From contig CP008939.1 of assembly GCA_000743035.1 (NCBI GenBank), positions 1 to 32,000 of the forward strand: DNA of 32,000 nucleotides. The letters are read 5' to 3'. Below, in pieces: positions 8,798-16,218 of the stretch; within the stretch, counting starts at the first letter, position 1; each line of letters starts with the position of its first letter. Made by a program: the position numbers and the translations under genes. The stretch is from Candidatus Paracaedimonas acanthamoebae. GTDB taxonomy: Bacteria > Pseudomonadota > Alphaproteobacteria > Caedimonadales > Caedimonadaceae. A model generated the notes under the pieces. It worked only from the letters and a program-made list of their open reading frames with translations. It was not told the DNA's origin and did no database searches.

Positions 8798-9775
8798 TCA
8801 AGGATTAATTTTAAGAATTTCAGGGTTAAAAACTGTTTTATATTTCAGCACCCCGAAGCATATATGGAGAAGCTTTCTCATAATAGCGCCTATAATCACC
8901 ATAGTATGTTTACCTTTTTTCTCTAATTTTTGGACAAAGGGTTGAAGAAGCGGATTATGATTTTTAGCTGCGATAGCTGGAAAATAAAGAGCTTTCCTTA
9001 AAGAAGAAGAACCTATTTTAGAAAGACAAGATCTTCCTTTAACAGAAGTCCCTGATGTTCTATGAGATGGCGTAAGACCAGCATATGCAGCTAATTGCCT
9101 GGCACTTTCTAAAGAAGAAAGTTCAGGGATTTCTGCAAGAATAGCTATGGCTGTTATTTTGCCAATGCCTGGAATGCTTTGAAGGTTCCTACAATCCTGG
9201 TTTAAGCTCTCTTTTGAAGAGACCACTTGGTCTATAGCAACATTAACGACGTTAATTTGCTTCTCTATATGCTTGATGAGGTTTTGATAAACTTTCTCAA
9301 CACTTTTTGGAAGGCAGTCTTTGGTTTCTAAGAAGTTTCCAACTTGAGTATGTTGTTCCTTCAAGTTTTGCAAGCATCGATAAAGAGATCTTAATTCTTT
9401 TAACATGGGCTCTTTAGGCTTATAGGCTCTTAACTCATTCTTGCTCGCATACTCTGCAATCAGGTGAGCATCAACCTCATCTGTTTTATGGCGACTAAGC
9501 TTGCTTCTGGCAAAGGCTTTAATACAAGCAGGATTAACAATATGAACTTGATGTCCTTGTTCATAGAGATAATCTGCAAGCTTCTCTCCATAGCTTCCTG
9601 TGGCTTCCATACAGGCCTTAACTTGTTCAATACCTTGTGCTTGCAGCCACTTTGTTAGACCTATGAAGCCTTTAATGTTATTAGAGACCTTGTATTTTTT
9701 ATAAGACGTATGGAGGAGAAGAGCGATAGAAAGGTCTTTCTTAGAAACATCTATCCCTAATATAGCCTCATTCAT
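8798..9775 (-). CDS. IS110-family DEDD transposase/recombinase
   Basis: GIDVSKK..., MEATGSY, HKTDEVDA (RuvC-like DEDD). C-terminal LQSIPGIGKITAIAILAEI... YAGLTPSHRTSGTS domain. Confidence 0.9.
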   Translation of the reverse strand: MNEAILGIDVSKKDLSIALLLHTSYKKYKVSNNIKGFIGLTKWLQAQGIEQVKACMEATGSYGEKLADYLYEQGHQVHIVNPACIKAFARSKLSRHKTDEVDAHLIAEYASKNELRAYKPKEPMLKELRSLYRCLQNLKEQHTQVGNFLETKDCLPKSVEKVYQNLIKHIEKQINVVNVAIDQVVSSKESLNQDCRNLQSIPGIGKITAIAILAEIPELSSLESARQLAAYAGLTPSHRTSGTSVKGRSCLSKIGSSSLRKALYFPAIAAKNHNPLLQPFVQKLEKKGKHTMVIIGAIMRKLLHICFGVLKYKTVFNPEILKINP

Positions 9776-10000
9776 CTTTTTTTTCCTTCCCTCTACTGAT
9801 ATGATTATTTGAGTCTTTAGCTTGTCATGTGAATTCAGAATAAGGTAGAACCTTTTCTTAAGATACTGTTCAGCTCTAGACCAATTGGAAGAGGGCTCTT
9901 ATCAGAACCTCAGATTTGGTGTCTTGTTGCAAATACAGAGTCACCTCTTCCAGCCTACAAGGCTTAGCTACTCTCTCATAGGCTCCTCAGCAACATACAT
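9776..10000 (-). ncRNA. Candidate bridge-RNA-type non-coding RNA in the IS110 5' end (copy A)
   Basis: ~225-nt non-coding leader upstream of the recombinase. An 8-bp stem ggaagagg/cctcttcc encloses a region containing tttgcaacaag, which resembles the insertion target TTGCAAC. Assignment rests on analogy with IS110/IS621 biology. Confidence 0.3.
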
Positions 10001-10001
10001 G

Positions 10002-10095
10002 TTGCAAGTTTGTAGATAAAGTTACAATTTAGTCTAAGGAAATACAGATCTTTTTAAATTATGGAGATAGTTGGGATGTAGATATTAAAAATAAC
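10002..10095. mobile_element. Degenerate right-end remnant of a type-2-like IS6 element, between IS110 copy A and the IS26-like element
   Basis: ttgcaagtttgtagataaagttacaatttagtctaaggaaatacagatctttttaaattatggagatagttgggatgtagatattaaa parallels the reverse complement of 7750-7838. Confidence 0.5.
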
Positions 10096-10924
10096 GGCCC
10101 TGTTGCAAAAATATTATTTGAGCAGATTTAGGTCTTTTTGCAGTTTTCAATTAAACAGTATAGACACTGAATTGTCGGTTAACGAGACGGATTTCTCCCT
10201 TGAGTCCTTGGCGATATTTCCAAAGATCCATCTGTCCCTTTTTAAACATCCTCATCACTTCAAACCCTTTAATCGTTGCATAAGCTGTTTTCAAAGATTT
10301 AAACCCTAGAGTTGGTTTAATCAGTCGTTTGAGTTTACCATGATCAGCTTCAATAAGGTTATTGAGATACTTAATCTGTCGATGCTCAAGGTCTTGAGGA
10401 CAAAGTCCTTCCTTCTTTAATTCTTTGATCGCTACAGCATAAGTAGGTGCCTTATCTGTATTAATTTTACTTGGTTTTTCCCATTCCTTAAACTTTCTTA
10501 AAGCCTTTGAAAGAAACCGTTTGGCAGCACTGATATTTCTTGTCGATGAAAGATAAAAGTCTATAGTACGCCCTCGCTTATCAAGAGCTCGATAAAGGTA
10601 AGCCCATTTACCCTTAACTTTTACATAAGTTTCATCAACTCTCCAGCTATAGCCAAGCCCTGGTTTCCAATACCACCTGAGCCTTTTCTCAATCTCTGGA
10701 GCATAAGTGATTACCCATCTATTAAGAGTTGTATGATCAACCGTAATGCCTCTTTCTTCCATCATTTCTTCAAGGTCCCGATAGCTGATCCCGTATTTAC
10801 AATACCACCTTACGCATCCAAGAATAATATCCCCTTGAAAATGACGCCACTTAAAATCATTCATCCAATAGTCCTCTAATTTTTAGAAACTCTGAACGAA
10901 GACAAAACTTTTTGCAACAGGGCC
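10096..10924 (-). mobile_element. IS6-family insertion sequence (type 1, IS26-like IRs)
   Basis: IRs ggccctgttgcaaaaa (10096-) and tttttgcaacagggcc (-10924), compare the IS26 IR GGCACTGTTGCAAA. The flanking 8-mers aaaataac and aaagtatt differ, so there is no target-site duplication. Confidence 0.85.
10151..10864 (-). CDS. IS6-family (IS26-like) DDE transposase
   Basis: MNDFKWRHFQGDIILGCVRWYCKYGISYRDLEEMMEERGITVDHTTLNRWV..., WRVDETYVKVKGKWAYLYRALD, TDKAPTY, NNLIEADHGKLKR. Confidence 0.9.
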   Translation of the reverse strand: MNDFKWRHFQGDIILGCVRWYCKYGISYRDLEEMMEERGITVDHTTLNRWVITYAPEIEKRLRWYWKPGLGYSWRVDETYVKVKGKWAYLYRALDKRGRTIDFYLSSTRNISAAKRFLSKALRKFKEWEKPSKINTDKAPTYAVAIKELKKEGLCPQDLEHRQIKYLNNLIEADHGKLKRLIKPTLGFKSLKTAYATIKGFEVMRMFKKGQMDLWKYRQGLKGEIRLVNRQFSVYTV

Positions 10925-13900
10925 AAAGTATTTACCTTGTGTTTACGAACGGTCTTTTAGAACCCGGTGTGTCTCGCTTTATCATTAAGAATTATGCTTT
11001 AACTCAGTCTCTTCTTTCTCCTGAAAAGATTCTTACACCTTTTTCACCCCAAAAGGTTGAACGCACAGATCAAGGAATTGAGGTGACCACCAATCCTTGT
11101 AAATGGGATTATCAGTTGATCAGCAAGCCCATCCCCTTGACGTTAGCATCTGCTCTTGAGCTAAGCTTTGAAGCAGACCTCAAAGAAGGAGGGTTTGCTG
11201 TAAAGTTTCTCTCGCAAGATAAGAAGAAATTCCTAGGCGCTAAGTACTATCAAAAACCTGGTCTTGTTAAAGATACGCTCAAACTTCCTTTTGGGGTTTC
11301 TGATAAAAGTATTTACCTTGTGTTGACAAACAGCCTCCTAGAACCCGGTGTGTCTCGCTTTATCATTAAGAATTATGCTTTAACTCAGTCGCCTCTTTCT
11401 CCTGAAAAGATCCTCACACCTTTTTCTCCTCAAAAGGTTGAGCGCACAGACAAGGGAATTGAGGTTATTACCAATCCTGGCAAATTGGATTATCAGTTGA
11501 TCACCAAGCCGATTCCCCTGACGCTGGCCTCTGCTCTTGAGGTGGCTTTTGAAGTCGATCTTAAGGAAGGAGGCTTTGCTGTAAGGTTTCTCTCCCATGA
11601 TAAGAAGAAATTTTTAGCCTCTAAGTACTATCAAAAACCCGCCCTTGTTAAGGATACGCTCAAGCTTCCCTTTGGAACTGATGATGAAAGTATCTACCTT
11701 GTGTTTACAAATAATTTGCTAGAGCCAGGGGTGTCTCGCTTTATCATTAAAGATTATACTTTAATTCAACCAAGTGCTCCACAATCTTCACTTCAAAGTG
11801 AGTCACCATCGCCCTCTTTACCTTTACAAAGGAGAGTGAGAAAGGAACTTCCTTCTCAGCCCGGTTTTATCTATAAGTTTCCACCACAACCTCTTTATAA
11901 TCCTTGGCCTGGTGCTTCTCAAGCAGATGTCACCTTTGAAGTCGAAAAGCTTGAGGATAAGAGTCTTTATTTTATTGGACGTGAAAACAACAACATTATC
12001 TTAGATCATACCAGTCTGCCAGACCAGCTTCAGACTGTGCGCAAAGGTCCCTTCCAGTTAGAACGACACAATGATCTTATTTTTTGGTCTTACCTTGGGC
12101 TTGATCATTCTAGAATGGCTTTTGCCGTGAAAGAAAATGGCGATATCATATTTATGCCTCTGAGAACAGAGACCGGGTACCAAGCGCATAAAGTTTGGAG
12201 CTTTAGAACGACAGGAACCCTTATTAACCAAGCAGATTCTTGCTTTTATTTTTCTTACTTCCAGGCTTCACAAATTCATAATTTTCGTTTGCTGAAGTGT
12301 TTTGGCATGGAGTCGCAGCAATCTTACTTTTTCAATAAGGGAGTCCTGCATTTAGGGGATGACACGGGGATAGCGTCTCTAAGCGTGTATCAAGAATATT
12401 TGCCACTCATTGATGAAAAGGCTGAACCTCATTACCAAAAAGATGTGATTGATGATCATGGGGTTACACTTGCTGAGAAAGGCCTTAAGATTGGACACAT
12501 GACCCATCGTGTTCATCGCTTTACTGAGGCCCAAAAGCTAGAGCTTGATGAAGCGCCTCTTGAGGTTTATCAACAACTCAATGTTGAAGGCCCGATTACC
12601 GGTACCACGCCTTCCATGATCAATCATGGCAGCATGAGTGCGCGTGCGATGACATCAAGCCTGAGTGTTCAAGATTGGATCAACAAGGGTGAAGTTCGCC
12701 TGTCACTACCCTCTGAGATTCGAGCTCAAAATGAGATGGACAACAGCGGTGTTATCCGCAGTATAAGTAGCATCACACTGAGCTCCCGCAAGAAGCCTAA
12801 ATCTTTGGGCATGGTGATTTCCGATGATCAAATTAAAGCGATGATCGACGATATTCTCACGCTTGAGGAGCAAGAGCTTGTCTTTGGAAATGCCCGCTTT
12901 TTGTCGAAAAAGCGCAGGCTTGTTGTAGATATGGTCCATCATACAGACCACTATTTAAACACGATCACCCATCATTATGTCCAAGATAGAGGGTTGCAAC
13001 GATTAATAAGGAAAACCGAGACAGGCTATGTCTTTCAGAAGCGGACTTCTGAAAGGTCTCAAAAAGTCATTGAAAAAGGCGTTATAGACATCCCTGAAGA
13101 GATCGAGGGCTTGGATCGAGCCTTTCATGATCGCCAGCGCCTTTTATCAAAATTGAGAGAAGGGATCAAAGATCGCATACGTGAGCTGATGCGTTTTTAT
13201 AGCGGCATTCAAGACCTCAGCCGAATGTTATCCTCTGTGCTTTCTGGCATGGGGCTGGATAGCGAGGAAGTGAGCGACATTACGAATGACCCTAGCCTCC
13301 AATCTCTTCTGTTAGCTTTGGGCTTGCCAGAGAAGGATGCTTTTGGGCTGGTTGAAACTCTAGATGATCCTCAACGGCTACTTTATCATTCACTTACGGC
13401 CATGGCTCAAGGATTCCAGACCACGGCAGTTCAGTGGATCATGAAGAATCCTGATGCTTTCCTTAATATTGTTTGTGGAGGGGTATCCATTGTAAATTTT
13501 TTGGATAAAATAATACCCTATTCTCCAACAAAGTATCCTTTAGCACAACTTGGATTGCAAGGCGCCAATGCCTTTTGTGGAATAAGAGGAGCACAAAAAA
13601 GCCTCCCTAAGATCCAAGCATATTTCAGCAAACAGCATGATAGTAAGACTGGTGGGATAAGCTCTTCAAGCAGTAGTACTAAGGAAGCACTCCATGGATC
13701 TTCTCAAACACCAAAAAATGTTGCTTTGCATGAAAAACAGAAAGTAGAATTGAGGAAAGAAATGCAAGCGCCGCATGTTGAGGATGCAAGTTTAAAAAAG
13801 CTTATAGAGTGGAATTATAAGACAACTGCGGATGTAGGAAGCGGAAGCACTGCTGATGCAGTTAGATACGAAATAAAAACGGGTTTACCAGTTAAAGGCA

Positions 13901-14037
13901 AGTTTCATACTCAAAAAGCTCAAGAGACAGTGAGCAAGCTTGAAAAATGGATTAGCCAAAACCCAAATGCACATACTAAAGATAAGGCCGCTGCTGAAAA
14001 TGTGTTGAGAGATCTTAGAGATGCTTTAGGAGAATAA
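10925..14037 (+). CDS. Large polymorphic-toxin-like protein, 5'-truncated by the IS at 10096-10924
   Basis: The open frame runs out of the IS IR, and the track start (TTG at 10912) lies inside the IR. Architecture: about 2.2 x 127-aa repeats, a ~470-aa unique region, and a conserved handle (13120-13640) that recurs at 14462 and 15687. A unique ~130-aa C-terminus follows the sequence ...LPKIQAYFSKQH. Confidence 0.7.
10927..11775 (+). repeat. In-frame tandem repeat, 381-bp period (127 aa), about 2.2 copies
   Basis: agtatttaccttgtg...gaacccggtgtgtctcgctttatcattaa recurs at 10927, 11308 and 11689. The protein unit is SIYLV(F/L)TN.LLEPGVSRFIIK.Y.L.Q... Confidence 0.9.
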
Positions 14038-14041
14038 ATGG

Positions 14042-14464
14042 ATGAAATTTAGTGAGCAAAATTATAAAGATTATATACTAAGTGAACTCCCTAATTTTAG
14101 ATCTAGGATAGAAAATTATCATAGTAATTTTAAAGATCAACCGTGGAGAAATCCGACTCTATGTGGAGAGTTAATGGAGCTTGTAGACTTTTATGAAGAT
14201 TTAAAAGAAAACGAGAGAGAAAATATAGAAGAAATTAAAAAAGTTTTCATAATAGCTGAAGAATTAGCTTATCAAGGTAATGAGGAAATAAGAGGCGCTT
14301 TGGAAGTTTGCTTTTTTGAAAGTATTATTAACAGTTTAGGAACGGATGAAAAAGCATTAAGTGAATTTTTTAAGCTGCTTGGTCCTGCGTCAATTGAACT
14401 TTGTAAAAAGAATGATGCCTTTTGGGGGACAAGAACCCCAGGTTTGTATGGGAGTGATCACTGA
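14042..14464 (+). CDS. Candidate immunity protein for the toxin C-terminus
   Basis: 140-aa acidic helical ORF starting 4 nt after the toxin stop. The call rests on position and architecture. The NEEIRGALEVCFFESIINSL segment is reminiscent of helical immunity families (from memory only). Confidence 0.55.
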   Translation: MKFSEQNYKDYILSELPNFRSRIENYHSNFKDQPWRNPTLCGELMELVDFYEDLKENERENIEEIKKVFIIAEELAYQGNEEIRGALEVCFFESIINSLGTDEKALSEFFKLLGPASIELCKKNDAFWGTRTPGLYGSDH

Positions 14465-15288
14465 GCAACATTACCACTGACCCTAGTCTTCAATCTCTCC
14501 TATTAGCTTTAGGCTTGCCAGAGAAGGATGCGCTTGGGTTGGTTGAAACTCTGGATGATCCTCAAAAGCTGCTCTATCATTCTCTTACGGCCATGGCTCA
14601 AGGATTCCAGACCACGGCAGTTTAATGGATCATAAAGAATCCTGATACTTTCCTTAATATTGTTTGTGGAGGAGTATCCGTTGTAAATTTTTTGGATAAA
14701 ATAATACCCTTTTCTCCAACAAAGCATCCTTACGCACAACTTGGATTGCAAGGGGCCAATGCGCTTTGTGGGATAAGAGGAGCGCAGAAAAGCCTTCCTA
14801 AGATCCAAGCTTATTTTAGTAAACAACATACTGGAAAGCCTACAGTAGCAAGTTCAGTTGTAGAACCAGGACCTTCAAGTTCAACGTCTTCAGCACCTAA
14901 AGGCCAAACCTTTTATGTACCTCCCCGATCTCAATCAAGAATCAATATTGTAGAAGGGATAGGTAAACCCAATAAACGTGTAGAAGGAGAGACTAAACCC
15001 GGGGTTGAGAGTATATGGGGAAAACATATGAATCCTGAGCGCACTAATAAGTCTCAGTTTACAATTTCTAACGAAAGAGTAAGATCTATTTTAAGCGATA
15101 AAAAGACTATTGAGACGCCTATTACTAAAATGGGTCATGATAAAACATATGTTAGAGAAGTGGATGTCGGTAATATAATTGGTAAACTACCTGCAAAAGA
15201 TGGAAGTAAACCCACTTCTATTGTGACAATATTAACCGATGCAGAAGGAAATCTAGTTAATGTTTTTCCAGGACCATTAACATATTAG
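14462..15288 (+). pseudogene. Orphan toxin cassette 1: handle fragment plus an unrelated C-terminal domain, with an in-frame stop
   Basis: 14462-14830 is homologous to 13271-13640 (SNITTDPSLQSLLLALGLPEKDALGLVETLDDPQKLLYHSLTAMAQGFQTTAV*WIIKNPD...). TAA at 14623-14625 replaces CAG. After ...IQAYFSKQH the sequence is unrelated to the first C-terminus. The longest ORF is 14692-15288 from a TTG. Confidence 0.7.
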
Positions 15289-15291
15289 AGA

Positions 15292-15642
15292 ATGAATATG
15301 CATATTGATATAAAATTGCGGTACCGAAATGATATTATTATACCTGAAGAGCATAAATTAATAGAGCATATAACGCGAGAGAATAATGCATCTTATCTTG
15401 TCAAAGGCTATGATAATCCAGAGTTTCCTTATCTAGGAGAAGTCGAATATAATGACCCAAGCGTATTCGATGCTAACGATATGGATGCCATTATTGAAGA
15501 ATTATTGTGTATACGTAAGGAAGTTATAAATCCTGGTGATCAAGCGCATATTGATGATATTATACGGTTAGCCAAGAAATGTAAAGAAATCCCTGATACG
15601 GTGCTTACTTTTTCTGGGCATTATGAATCTATTGTTAAATAG
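15292..15642 (+). CDS. Candidate immunity protein for orphan cassette 1
   Basis: 116-aa acidic ORF starting 3 nt after the orphan C-terminus stop. The call is positional. Confidence 0.5.
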   Translation: MNMHIDIKLRYRNDIIIPEEHKLIEHITRENNASYLVKGYDNPEFPYLGEVEYNDPSVFDANDMDAIIEELLCIRKEVINPGDQAHIDDIIRLAKKCKEIPDTVLTFSGHYESIVK

Positions 15643-15686
15643 TCTACTTAAGATAAGAATTTCTTTATAGTTAAGGTTTAGATTGG

Positions 15687-16172
15687 GCATTTAATGATCG
15701 TCAGCGCCTTTTATCAAAACTGAGAGAAGGGATTTAAGATCGCATTCGGGCGTTGATGCGGTTTTATGAGGCTGCTGGCGGTGTTCAAGACCTCAGTAGG
15801 ATGTTGGTGTCTGTGCTTTCTGGCATGGCACTAGATCATGAGGAAGTGAAAGATATTACCACGGATCCTAGTCTTCAATCTCTCTTATTAGCTTTAGGCT
15901 TGACGGAGAAGGATGAACTTAGGTTGGTTGATTCAGACGACTTTCAATTAAAGCCTCTTTATAGTGCAATACTAGCTCATTCACAAAGGCTAGGACTCTC
16001 TGCTCTTGATTGGGTTAAAAATCATCCTATGGAGTTTTTTGATGGCTTTTGTACTCTTGCAAATATAGCAAGTTTTGTCCCTGTTCCAGCCATAGCCATA
16101 CCAGGAAATATTGGCAACCGTATTTGTTTAGTTGGCAAGGCTGCAATATATCTCCCTAAGTTCCAACAATAG
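15687..16172 (+). pseudogene. Orphan cassette 2: diverged handle copy with an in-frame stop and no distinct toxin domain
   Basis: AFNDRQRLLSKLREGI*DRIRALMRFYEAAGGVQDLSRMLVSVLSGMALDHEEVKDITTDPSLQSLLLALGL... parallels 13120 onward. TAA at 15735-15737 replaces AAA. It ends ...AAIYLPKFQQ*, at the position equivalent to ...SLPKIQAYF. Confidence 0.65.
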
Positions 16173-16195
16173 AGGGGAAAAGAGCCCCTCTATTG
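16167..16195. terminator. Bidirectional hairpin terminator between convergent genes
   Basis: caatagagggg aaaagag cccctctattg gives an 11-bp perfect stem with a 7-nt loop, between the orphan cassette (+) and the kinase gene (-). Confidence 0.6.
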
Positions 16196-16218
16196 CAGAG
16201 TGAAATTCATAAGCTCCT

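Larger units (their letters stand above)
8781..10007 (-). mobile_element. IS110-family insertion sequence, copy A
   Basis: This is the extent of the block shared with 23212-24438 (constant offset 14431). The blocks look identical in the stretches compared by eye, and the two 325-aa ORF translations are identical. Long 5' non-coding end (~230 nt), very short 3' end (~17 nt), no terminal IRs. True ends are probably about 8783-10001. Confidence 0.85.

Noticed and set aside
9464-9658. 64-aa ORFs antisense to both IS110 transposase copies (also 23895-24089)
   Set aside because: They are identical only because the IS is duplicated. They are shadow ORFs of the transposase frame.
10103-10309. 68-aa ORF antisense to the IS26-like transposase 3' end
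   Set aside because: Shadow ORF that starts within the IR region.
11380-12951. Minus-strand ORFs 11380-11598 and 12706-12951 inside the toxin gene
   Set aside because: Antisense to a long, repeat-supported frame, with no independent support.
13440-13600. The hydrophobic stretch in the toxin handle as a chlamydial Inc-type bilobed hydrophobic domain
   Set aside because: The two lobes are short and only moderately hydrophobic (many Gly, Gln and polar residues). I cannot establish the taxon or a type III context from this window.
14509-14829. 106-aa minus-strand ORF across orphan cassette 1
   Set aside because: The plus strand of this segment is clearly homologous to the toxin handle, so the minus ORF is an artefact.
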